NCBI GenBank assembly: GCA_020061305.1 | Contig: JAGUYM010000014.1 | Location: forward strand, 117,920-181,919 | DNA from: Candidatus Woesebacteria bacterium | Lineage (GTDB): Bacteria; Patescibacteriota; Microgenomatia; UBA8517 | DNA: 64,000 bases | Direction: 5' to 3' | Shown here: positions 9,123 to 17,643 of the stretch, piece by piece | How the letters are laid out: each line of letters starts with the position of its first letter | Position numbering within the stretch: position 1 is the stretch's first letter | The notes under the pieces: generated by a model | Databases searched by the model: none | Told to the model about the DNA's origin: nothing | Seen by the model: the letters and a program-made list of their open reading frames with translations, nothing else | Translations under genes and position numbers: made by a program

Positions 9123-10160
9123 ATGGCAAGTAATAACCAACCAAGAACAGAATTTAATCAGGCATTAAAGGCCATTGCTATGGAGAGAGGTCTTGATCCT
9201 AATGTCATATTGGAGGCAATTGAACAGGCAATTATTGCCGCCTTTAGAAGAGATGCTAAAGAGGCAGGAACCGAATATCCTGAAGAAACTGTAATTACGG
9301 CCCAAATTGATTCACTTGATGGCGGAGCCAAAGTTTTTATTGATGGTAAAGATGTTACTCCACCTGGATTTGGACGAATTGCAGCTCAAACTGCAAAACA
9401 AGTAATTCATCAAAAAATAAGAGAGGCTGAAAGAGGATCTGTGATGGAAGAATATATGGGTAAAGTTGGAAGCTTAGTTTCAGGAATTGTTCTTCGATTT
9501 GATGGATCAAATGTAAAAGTTGACCTTGGAAGAACAGAAGGCATAATGCCTGCTGAGGAAAGAATACCACAAGAAAGACTTACTCAAGGTCAGAGACTCA
9601 CATTTTTACTTAAAGACATTAAAGAAACAATAAAAGGTAAAGAAATAATTTTATCTCGTGCCGATCCTCAGTTTGTAGTTAAGCTTTTTGCTCGAGAAGT
9701 CCCTGAAATAAATTCAGGTTCAGTTGAAATAAAACTTATATCAAGAGAAGCGGGAGTTAGGACAAAGATTGCGGTGTTTTCTTCTCAATCTGGCGTTGAT
9801 CCGGTAGGAAGCTGTGTTGGCCAAAAAGGTGTTAGAGTTCAGGCCGTTACAAATGAGTTGGGTGGAGAGAGAGTAGATGTCATTCCTTACACAGAGGATG
9901 TTGCTGAACTTGTTAAATTGGCTTTGGGTCCCGCTGAAAATTTGGAAGTTAAAGTTGTCAAAAAGGACAAAACAGCATCCGTAAAAGCTCCGGAAGACCA
10001 ACTATCTTTGGCAATTGGGAAAGACGGCCAAAATGTTCGCTTGGCAAGTAAGCTTGTCGGTTATAAAATTGAAATAGTCGGTGATGGGTCAATAATTGAA
10101 GATAAAACAATTGAAGAAAAAACAGGAGTAGAAGAAGTAGTTGTCGAAGACACAAAATGA
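9123..10160 (+). CDS. nusA: Transcription termination factor NusA
   Basis: FGRIAAQTAKQ, DPVGSCVG, LAIGKDGQNVRLA. Confidence 0.97.
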   Translation: MASNNQPRTEFNQALKAIAMERGLDPNVILEAIEQAIIAAFRRDAKEAGTEYPEETVITAQIDSLDGGAKVFIDGKDVTPPGFGRIAAQTAKQVIHQKIREAERGSVMEEYMGKVGSLVSGIVLRFDGSNVKVDLGRTEGIMPAEERIPQERLTQGQRLTFLLKDIKETIKGKEIILSRADPQFVVKLFAREVPEINSGSVEIKLISREAGVRTKIAVFSSQSGVDPVGSCVGQKGVRVQAVTNELGGERVDVIPYTEDVAELVKLALGPAENLEVKVVKKDKTASVKAPEDQLSLAIGKDGQNVRLASKLVGYKIEIVGDGSIIEDKTIEEKTGVEEVVVEDTK

Positions 10161-10191
10161 AAATTTTATACATAAATTTTAAAATCTTCGC

Positions 10192-10219
10192 TTTCTAATT
10201 CCTGATTTCTAATTGCTAA
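10192..10219. repeat. Degenerate 7-mer tandem repeat upstream of infB
   Basis: tttctaa ttcctga tttctaa ttgctaa. Confidence 0.6.
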
Positions 10220-10224
10220 TTATT

Positions 10225-11598
10225 ATGTTAAAAAATCGTCAACCGATTGTCACAGTTTTGGGCCATGTGGATCATGGAAAAACATCACTTTTGGATGCCA
10301 TTAGACAAACCACGATTGTTTCAAAAGAAGCCGGGGGGATAACTCAGTCAATTGGCGCATCAGTTGTTTCGGGTATTACCTTTATTGATACACCTGGCCA
10401 CGCACTTTTTTCAAGCATGAGGGAAAGGGGTGCTGATATTGCAGACATTGCACTTTTAATAATTGATGGCTCAAGTGGTATCAAGCCCCAAACTTTAGAA
10501 GCTTTAGAACTAATACAAAAAAATGAAGTTCCGTTTATTGTGGTTATTACCAAAAGTGATTTACCTTCAAGTACTATTGAAAATGTGCTCCCGCCTTTAG
10601 AGGAAAAGGGAATTTATTTCGAAGGCAGAGGTGGTCAAACTCCATTTATTGAGGTTTCGGCCAAAAATAAAATTAATCTTGATAAACTTATTGATTTAAT
10701 ACTTTTATTTGCCGAGGTCAATGAAATTAAGGGAGACGAAGATTTACCGTTGGAAGCCTATGTTATTGAAACTACAAAGGAAAAAGGTGGAATTTATACA
10801 TCTTTAGTTGTTAAAAATGGAAAACTTAAAATTGGAGACGATTTGTATACCAAAAATACAAAAGGCAGAGTGAGAGGTCTTTTTGATTTTCAAAATAAGC
10901 CAGTCAAAGAGGTGTCGCCGGGTTTTCCAGCAAGAGTTTTGGGTTTTGATGAAACGCCTTTGGTTGGATGCGTGGTTTCTGATAAACCATGTGATATAGA
11001 AAAACCTGTAAATAAAAAAACATTTATAAGGCATGATAAAACTAAAATCCCTCTTCTGATAAAAGCCAATAATCAAGGAGCCTTGGATGTTTTAAAAGCA
11101 TCAATTCCTAATGGGTTTATTGTCGTTGATTCTGGAATTGGTGAAGTTGTGGAATCAGATGTTTTAAATGCAAAAGCAAATGAGGCATATCTTTTTGTTT
11201 TTGAAAGCAAGATTTCTTCAAACATAAAAAAATTAGCAGATAGCGAAGGAGTTCATGTCGAAAAATTTGATGTTATTTACGAACTTTTAGAGAAGCTTGA
11301 AAAAATATTAAAAGATGATGTTTTTGAAATAAAAGGAAAGGCTCAAATATTAGCAGAATTTCCATTTGATGGCAAAAAGATTGCGGGTGTTAGAGTGACA
11401 ATGGGAAGAATTGAAAAAACATTAAATTTGAAGATATTAAGAGGGGAAAATGAAATAGGTCAAGCCAAGGCGGTTTCAATTAAAAAACAAAAACAAGAAG
11501 TTCAAGGGGTTTCGCAAGGTGAAGAATGTGGAATACTTTTAAATAAAGAGCTTGATTTTAAAATTGGAGATGTTATTATAGCCGTAAATGAAAAATAG
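10225..11598 (+). CDS. infB: Translation initiation factor IF-2 (lacks the N-terminal domain)
   Basis: [26 protein letters not shown]; begins directly at the G domain. Confidence 0.95.
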   Translation: MLKNRQPIVTVLGHVDHGKTSLLDAIRQTTIVSKEAGGITQSIGASVVSGITFIDTPGHALFSSMRERGADIADIALLIIDGSSGIKPQTLEALELIQKNEVPFIVVITKSDLPSSTIENVLPPLEEKGIYFEGRGGQTPFIEVSAKNKINLDKLIDLILLFAEVNEIKGDEDLPLEAYVIETTKEKGGIYTSLVVKNGKLKIGDDLYTKNTKGRVRGLFDFQNKPVKEVSPGFPARVLGFDETPLVGCVVSDKPCDIEKPVNKKTFIRHDKTKIPLLIKANNQGALDVLKASIPNGFIVVDSGIGEVVESDVLNAKANEAYLFVFESKISSNIKKLADSEGVHVEKFDVIYELLEKLEKILKDDVFEIKGKAQILAEFPFDGKKIAGVRVTMGRIEKTLNLKILRGENEIGQAKAVSIKKQKQEVQGVSQGEECGILLNKELDFKIGDVIIAVNEK

Positions 11599-12484
11599 CT
11601 TTGCGCAATTATTATCCCCCGCCAAAGATATCTTGGTTTTACTTCCCAATAGACCCCATTTGGATCAGGTGGCTTCAGGTCTTTCCTTGTTTTTGTCTTT
11701 AAAACAAACAAAAAATGTGACAATTGCTTCTAGTAACCCCATGACTGTTGAGTTTTCAAGACTTGTGGGAGTAGACAATATCACAAAAGAACTTGGAAAT
11801 AAGAATTTAATAATTGAGTTTCCTGGGTATAATCCTGAACATGTAGAAAAAGTTTCTGCAGATATTGATAATAATCAATTTAAATTAACATTTTTACCTA
11901 AAGCAGGATTTAAACCGCCAGAAAAATCACAAGTAGTTTTAAACTATGCAGGTATTTCGGCCGATTTAGTTATTTTAATAGGTGGAGGCGATGAAACACA
12001 TTTTGAGATGCTTAAAAATCCTGAACTTGTCAATTTAAACCTGGTTCATGTTGGGACAAGGCTTTTAGAAATTTCAACAGATCTTAAAGTTTTATCTTTT
12101 GCAAGACAAGCATCATCAACGTCAGAAATTGTATATAGTTTAATTAAAGAAAGTGGACTTCCTGTTGATTCTGACATTGCAACAAATCTTTTGGCGGGAA
12201 TTGAAGATGGAAGTAGAAGTTTTCAAGATGATGGAGTGAGCGCAGATACATTTGCCTATTTTGCAGAACTTTTGAAAGTGGGTGGAAAAAGACTACCTAA
12301 ATTGATGCCTCAAAAATTTCCTGTTGGGTCAATTCCAAATAAACCGTATAACACAAATCTAGGACAGGTGGGGCAAGTAGAACAGGTAGTTGAAGAAGAT
12401 ATTCCAATGCCTGAGGTTGAACCAAAAGACATTCCCAGCTCATGGAGCGAACCAAAAATCTTCACAGGAACAAGCGTGAGTTAA
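11588..12484 (+). CDS. DHH/NrnA-like family protein with degenerate catalytic motifs
   Basis: ASSTSEIVY and IATNLLAGI are DHH-family features; the DHH triad is replaced by HVG; follows infB. Confidence 0.7.
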   Translation: MKNSFAQLLSPAKDILVLLPNRPHLDQVASGLSLFLSLKQTKNVTIASSNPMTVEFSRLVGVDNITKELGNKNLIIEFPGYNPEHVEKVSADIDNNQFKLTFLPKAGFKPPEKSQVVLNYAGISADLVILIGGGDETHFEMLKNPELVNLNLVHVGTRLLEISTDLKVLSFARQASSTSEIVYSLIKESGLPVDSDIATNLLAGIEDGSRSFQDDGVSADTFAYFAELLKVGGKRLPKLMPQKFPVGSIPNKPYNTNLGQVGQVEQVVEEDIPMPEVEPKDIPSSWSEPKIFTGTSVS

Positions 12485-12596
12485 CACAAATTTTTTTGCA
12501 GGTTGCATTTTTCAGTGAGAGATGGTGCTACAAAAGTAGAAAAACCTAAAAAGACTAAGAAGCCAGTTACCAAAAAAGGTAAATAATTTTCCTCTT

Positions 12597-12680
12597 TGTA
12601 AATTTTGAACTTGCCTGATATAATACAACAGCTGGATGATAGCGAGGAGTAAAATCTTTGGCTACACATGACTAATCAAT
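12597..12680 (+). promoter_or_regulatory. rpsO promoter and structured leader
   Basis: TTGTAA...TGATATAAT (12619-12624); hairpin TAGCGAGGA-GTAAAA-TCTTTGGCTA 12640-12664. Confidence 0.55.
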
Positions 12681-12950
12681 ATGGCATTAAAGATAGACGA
12701 GAAAAAACAAGTAATTACAAAGTTTGCAAGGGAAAAAGGTGATACTGGTTCTCCAGAAGTACAAATTGCACTTCTAAGTACAAAAATTGCAAAACTTGCA
12801 GAGCATTTGAAGGAACACAAAAAAGATGTTCACTCAAGAAGGGGGCTTTTGGCAATGGTTGCAAAAAGAAGAAGACTACTTTCCTACTTGCAAAAGAAGG
12901 ATGAAAAGAGGTATAAAGATCTGATTAAAGAATTAGGACTAAATAAATAA
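12681..12950 (+). CDS. rpsO: 30S ribosomal protein S15
   Basis: [20 protein letters not shown]. Confidence 0.99.
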   Translation: MALKIDEKKQVITKFAREKGDTGSPEVQIALLSTKIAKLAEHLKEHKKDVHSRRGLLAMVAKRRRLLSYLQKKDEKRYKDLIKELGLNK

Positions 12951-13015
12951 AAAATTAACCTAATTATTCTAATTAACCTAATTGACCAAATAAGCTTCAA
13001 ATAGGACAGAATAAT
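12951..13015. repeat. 9-mer-periodic AT-rich element upstream of pnp (near-identical copy upstream of rnj)
   Basis: AAAATTAACCTAATTATTCTAAT 12951-12973 vs AAAATTAACTTAATTATTCTAAT 17554-17576 (22/23 identical). Confidence 0.65.
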
Positions 13016-13027
13016 TAAATATACAAA

Positions 13028-15319
13028 ATGAAAAGAATAGAAAAGAAATTAGAAATAGGCGGCAAAATACTGACACTTACAACCGGAGAGTTAGCAGAAC
13101 AAGCAGCCTCTGCCGTGACGGCAAGAATTGGTGATACTGTTGTGCTTGCAACTGTTGCAGTTTCTGATTTAAAGCAGGAATTAGACTATTTTCCTTTAAC
13201 AATTGATTATCAGGAGAGACTTTATGCTGGTGGAAGAATAAAGGGCTCAAGATGGGTTAAAAGAGAAGGAAGACCGACGGATGAAGAAATACTTTCAGGA
13301 AGATTAATTGATAGATCAATTCGACCACTTTTCCCCAAAACCTACAAAAAAGAAGTTCAAATAATTATTACGGTTCTTTCTGTTGATATGGAAAATGATC
13401 CTGCAATTGTCGGCGCCTTGGCCGCATCTGCCGCTGTTCATACAACCACACTTCCATGGAAAGGTCCTGTTTCTACATTTAGAGTTGGTTTTGTAGATGA
13501 AAAATATATATTAAATCCAGTAAATAGTGAAATCGAAACTTCTAAGATGGATTTGGTGGTTTCTTCGACAAAAGAGGCGGTTTTAATGGTTGAGGCAGGA
13601 GCAAACGAGGCAACAGAAGAAGAGATATTAAAGGGGATTAGTTTTGCCTTTGACGAAAGTAAAAGTGTATTAAAACTAATTGAGGAGTTTGCAAATGAAG
13701 TTGGTGTTGTTAGGGATGTATATAAAGTAGAAAAGGCTTCTCCTGAAATTGAAAAACAAGTCAAAGAACTAGTTAAGGACAGGATTCCGTCGTTGGTTAA
13801 AAATATGGCACTTCATGAAGGACATTCTTCAGAATATTCTGAATTTGTTGCAGGAATCCAAGATAAATTTGAGACAGAAGACGAAAAGAAACAAGTTGTT
13901 GATGTAATTGAACATCTTAAAAAAGATCATATCAGAGAGCAAATTCTTAAAAAAGGCATCAGGCCAGATGGTAGAAAACTAACTGAAATAAGAAAGCTTT
14001 CGGCCCAAGTTGGATATTTGCCTAGAGTTCATGGTTCAGGTCTTTTCAAAAGAGGTCAAACACAAGTGCTTTCAGTTTTAACGCTTGCTGCAACATCTCA
14101 AAGTTTGCTTTTAGAGTCGGCAGAAGGAGAAGATGAAAAGCGCTATATCCATCACTACTCAATGCCCCCTTATGCAACTGGTGAAACCGGCAGAGTTGGG
14201 AGTCCTGGAAGAAGAGAAATAGGTCATGGTGCCTTAGCCGAAAGATCACTTGTTCCTGTAATTCCAGACGAGAAAGATTTTCCTTACACAATTAGAGTTG
14301 TTTCAGAAGTGATGAGCAGTAATGGTTCAACTTCAATGGCATCTGTTTGTGGGTCAACATTGGCTTTAATGGATGCGGGTGTTCCAATTTTAGCTCCTGT
14401 TTCAGGAATTGCAATGGGCTTAATCATAGAATCAGATGATAGCTACGCAATTCTTTCAGACATCATGGGCATTGAGGACTTTAATGGCGACATGGATTTT
14501 AAAGTTGCTGGAACATCAAAAGGAATTACAGCACTTCAGCTTGATGTTAAAACATTAAACCTAACTCCAAAAATTCTTGAAGAAGCTTTAGAGCAGGCTA
14601 AAAAAGGTAGGGCAGAAATATTAAAAGTTATGACAGATACTATTTCAGAGTCTAGAAAAGAGGTTAATGCTTTTGCTCCAAAAATTAAGGTAGTAATGAT
14701 TCCTGTCGATAAAATAGGTGAACTTATTGGCCCTTCTGGCAAAAATATAAAGAAATTAGCTGCTGACACTGGGGCTCAAATTGATGTTGAAGATGACGGC
14801 TCTGTTTCAATATCTGCAGTTGATCCGGCATCGATGGAGAAAGCCGTTGCTTATGTGGAGGGAATGATCAAAGAGGTTCAGGTGGGAGAGATTTATGAAG
14901 GTGAAGTAGTTAGGCTTCTTAATTTTGGAGCATTTGTAAACATTTTGCCAGGTAAAGATGGTATGGTTCATGTATCGGATATGGGCAAAGATGGTTATGT
15001 AAATGATGCTTCAGATGTGTTGTCAATTGGTCAAAAAGTAACTGTTAGAGTAAAAAAGATAGATGAAATGAAAAGGATTAGCTTGTCACTCAATCTTGAC
15101 CCAGCAATGGATGAAAAAGTAGAAAGTTTAAAAAGAGATAGAAATGGTGGGGGGGGTGGATATTCAAGAGGACCAAGGCGAGATTTTAATGGGAGAAGTG
15201 GTGGAGGAAGAGGATTTTCAAGAGATAGAGGAGGAGACAAGAGAAATTTTAGCCGACCATCTGGTCCACATTTTCCAACCAGTCGTTACTTCCAAACTGA
15301 CACAAGCCCTGATAGATAA
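13028..15319 (+). CDS. pnp: Polyribonucleotide nucleotidyltransferase (PNPase)
   Basis: RLIDRSIRP, RREIGHG, SNGSTSMAS, GDMDFKVAG, KH + S1 domains, RG-rich tail. Confidence 0.99.
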   Translation: MKRIEKKLEIGGKILTLTTGELAEQAASAVTARIGDTVVLATVAVSDLKQELDYFPLTIDYQERLYAGGRIKGSRWVKREGRPTDEEILSGRLIDRSIRPLFPKTYKKEVQIIITVLSVDMENDPAIVGALAASAAVHTTTLPWKGPVSTFRVGFVDEKYILNPVNSEIETSKMDLVVSSTKEAVLMVEAGANEATEEEILKGISFAFDESKSVLKLIEEFANEVGVVRDVYKVEKASPEIEKQVKELVKDRIPSLVKNMALHEGHSSEYSEFVAGIQDKFETEDEKKQVVDVIEHLKKDHIREQILKKGIRPDGRKLTEIRKLSAQVGYLPRVHGSGLFKRGQTQVLSVLTLAATSQSLLLESAEGEDEKRYIHHYSMPPYATGETGRVGSPGRREIGHGALAERSLVPVIPDEKDFPYTIRVVSEVMSSNGSTSMASVCGSTLALMDAGVPILAPVSGIAMGLIIESDDSYAILSDIMGIEDFNGDMDFKVAGTSKGITALQLDVKTLNLTPKILEEALEQAKKGRAEILKVMTDTISESRKEVNAFAPKIKVVMIPVDKIGELIGPSGKNIKKLAADTGAQIDVEDDGSVSISAVDPASMEKAVAYVEGMIKEVQVGEIYEGEVVRLLNFGAFVNILPGKDGMVHVSDMGKDGYVNDASDVLSIGQKVTVRVKKIDEMKRISLSLNLDPAMDEKVESLKRDRNGGGGGYSRGPRRDFNGRSGGGRGFSRDRGGDKRNFSRPSGPHFPTSRYFQTDTSPDR

Positions 15320-15471
15320 CATTTAGTTTTTAGTAAAAAGTTATATAATAACCCATATTATGGTTGAAGGCGAATGTAGGTTAACGGATGATTGTATCTC
15401 AATTTTTAGCTGATCGTTGTAGTCTCTTATAATATTTTTAAATTTCAACAATTCAATGCTACAATTAAATT

Positions 15472-16521
15472 ATGAATGATACTGCCTTTAATGAGATAAA
15501 TGTTCTTGGTGAAAAAATTAAAAATTCAACTGTTCCAGAAGAATTAAAAAATTCTGTACAAATAAGACTTGATCAATTAAAAAAATTAACAAATTCTCCT
15601 ACATTTTTACCGGAATATGACAGAATGAATAAATATATAGATTGGATTACGGCTTTACCATGGGAGAAAAAATCACAAGATAATCTTGATTTGGAAAATG
15701 CCAAAAAAATTTTGGACGAACATCATTTCGGGCTTGAAGATATTAAAAATAGGATTATTGAATATCTTGCTGTCATGAAGCTAAAACAAGAAAAAGGTGA
15801 GGGTCAGGATGTCTATCGTGCCCCCATCCTTTGTTTTGTGGGTTTGGTTGGAACTGGAAAAACTACAATTGCCTATTCTATAGCTGGGGCGTTGGGAAGA
15901 AAGATTGCTCGTATCCCATTTGGGGGTATGGGTGATCCGTTGGATTTGAGAGGTCAAAGTAGAATGCATGCAGAAGCAGAACCTGGGAAAATTATTAAAG
16001 CACTTCGTGACACCGGTTATAGAAATTCTGTCATACTTCTTGATGAAATAGACAGAGTAACAGATCAGGGAAGAGCTTCAATTATGGGTGTCTTGGTTGA
16101 ACTTTTAGATCCAGGTCAAAATCATGCTTTTACTGATCATTATATTGATTATCCAGTAAACCTTTCTGAATGTATTTTTATAGCAACTGCAAATAATACA
16201 ACAAATATTTCAACTGCAGTAATGGACAGAATAGAACCAATTATGATGCCTTCTTATACCGATCAAGAAAAAATAACTATTGGTAAAAAATATGTGTTTC
16301 CAAAAGCTTTGAAGGCTTCCGGTCTGCCAATGGATACCATTACTGTTGATGATGAAGTTTGGGTAAATTTAGTTAGGCCATTAGGTTATGATGCAGGAAT
16401 TAGAACGATGGAAAGAACAATCGGTGGGATGGTCCGTAAAGTTGCCAGAATGGTAGTTGAGGGTAAAGGAACCCACTTTGCCATAACTCAACAAAATGTT
16501 AAAGAATTTTTACCACAATAA
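15472..16521 (+). CDS. Lon-type AAA+ ATPase module without the N-terminal or protease domain
   Basis: LPW, HFGLEDIKNRIIEYLAV, Walker A GLVGTGKTT, LLDEID, ELLDPGQN; ends after the AAA lid. Confidence 0.85.
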   Translation: MNDTAFNEINVLGEKIKNSTVPEELKNSVQIRLDQLKKLTNSPTFLPEYDRMNKYIDWITALPWEKKSQDNLDLENAKKILDEHHFGLEDIKNRIIEYLAVMKLKQEKGEGQDVYRAPILCFVGLVGTGKTTIAYSIAGALGRKIARIPFGGMGDPLDLRGQSRMHAEAEPGKIIKALRDTGYRNSVILLDEIDRVTDQGRASIMGVLVELLDPGQNHAFTDHYIDYPVNLSECIFIATANNTTNISTAVMDRIEPIMMPSYTDQEKITIGKKYVFPKALKASGLPMDTITVDDEVWVNLVRPLGYDAGIRTMERTIGGMVRKVARMVVEGKGTHFAITQQNVKEFLPQ

Positions 16522-16535
16522 TATAAAATTATTTC

Positions 16536-16994
16536 ATGAAGATAGTTGTTATTGGCGATACACATGATAATATCCAAAACATTAGACATGTGATGGGGTT
16601 TTCAGAAAAAATTAAGGCAGAGGCGGTAATTCATACTGGAGATTGGAGTAATTTAAAAACATACAAAGAAATTAAAAGTTACAAAATTAAAACATATGGA
16701 GTGTTAGGTAATGCAGACATTTCGTCTGAGATAAAAAGTAAACTCGATGAGTTTTTGGAACTAGAAATAGATAATTTAAAAATTGGCCTGATTCATAATA
16801 TTAAAAAATTAAAATTGATTGAAAATTGGAAATTTAAAATTGAAAATTTGGACATAGTTTTTTGCGGCCATGAGCACAAACAATACCAAAAAAATAAATT
16901 TATTAATCCAGGAAGCCTCGAGAATGATATTAATTTTGCAATTTTCGATACAAAAACAAAAAGAGTAGAATTCATCAACAATGACAAAATTTGA
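16536..16994 (+). CDS. YfcE/MJ0936-type metallophosphoesterase
   Basis: GDTH, HTGD, GNAD, GHEH, NPGS motifs. Confidence 0.9.
   Translation: MKIVVIGDTHDNIQNIRHVMGFSEKIKAEAVIHTGDWSNLKTYKEIKSYKIKTYGVLGNADISSEIKSKLDEFLELEIDNLKIGLIHNIKKLKLIENWKFKIENLDIVFCGHEHKQYQKNKFINPGSLENDINFAIFDTKTKRVEFINNDKI
16810..16848. repeat. 7-mer (nnAAATT) repeat translated in frame inside the phosphoesterase
   Basis: taaaatt-gatt-gaaaatt ggaaatt taaaatt gaaaatt encodes KLIENWKFKIENL. Confidence 0.7.
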
Positions 16995-17541
16995 AGAACT
17001 TCACAAACTTAAAGATTTGATGGAAAAAGATGACTCATTACCCTTAAAAGGGGTGGCCAATAAATTAGTTTTTGGGTCGGGGAATACTGAAGCAAAAATA
17101 TTATGCATAGGTGAGGGTCCCGGAAGACAAGAAGATATAGAAGGTTTACCATTTGTAGGTCAGGCTGGAAAACTTTTGGACAAGCTTTTGCTTTTAGCTG
17201 GAGTTGAAAGAAAAAAAGTATTTATCACAAATGTTGTTCATCATAGACCACCAAATAATCGCGATCCGCTTCCCGACGAAATATCTGCATACGGAAAATA
17301 TTTAGACCAAATTATTGAGATAATTAAGCCAAAAATAATTATAACTTTAGGTAGGTTTTCTATGAATAAGTTTTTACCAGATGTGTTTATTTCTCAAGCT
17401 CACGGCAAAAGTTTTAAAATTGGAAAAATTATAGTTATTCCTATGTATCACCCCGCAGCAAGTTTAAGAAACGGCAAAATACTTGAATTAGAAAAAATGG
17501 ATTTTCAAAATTTAAAAAAAATATTGGGGAAGATAATCTGA
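16981..17541 (+). CDS. Uracil-DNA glycosylase family 4
   Basis: GEGPG, PFVGQAG, RPPNNRDP, YHPAA motifs. Confidence 0.93.
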   Translation: MTKFEELHKLKDLMEKDDSLPLKGVANKLVFGSGNTEAKILCIGEGPGRQEDIEGLPFVGQAGKLLDKLLLLAGVERKKVFITNVVHHRPPNNRDPLPDEISAYGKYLDQIIEIIKPKIIITLGRFSMNKFLPDVFISQAHGKSFKIGKIIVIPMYHPAASLRNGKILELEKMDFQNLKKILGKII

Positions 17542-17553
17542 TCATTTCATGTT

Positions 17554-17642
17554 AAAATTAACTTAATTATTCTAATCAAGTTAATTGTTCTAAATTAGAC
17601 ATTAAGAATTAGAGCTTGGTTGGAAATTAGAAATTAGAAATT
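17554..17642. repeat. Composite 9-mer + 7-mer repeat upstream of rnj
   Basis: 23-bp motif shared with the pnp upstream region, then aagaatt agagctt-ggtt-ggaaatt agaaatt agaaatt ending 1 nt before the ATG. Confidence 0.7.
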
Positions 17643-17643
17643 T

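Noticed and set aside
15137-15250. Purine-rich low-complexity stretch at the pnp 3' end
   Set aside because: It encodes an RG-rich disordered tail common in PNPases.
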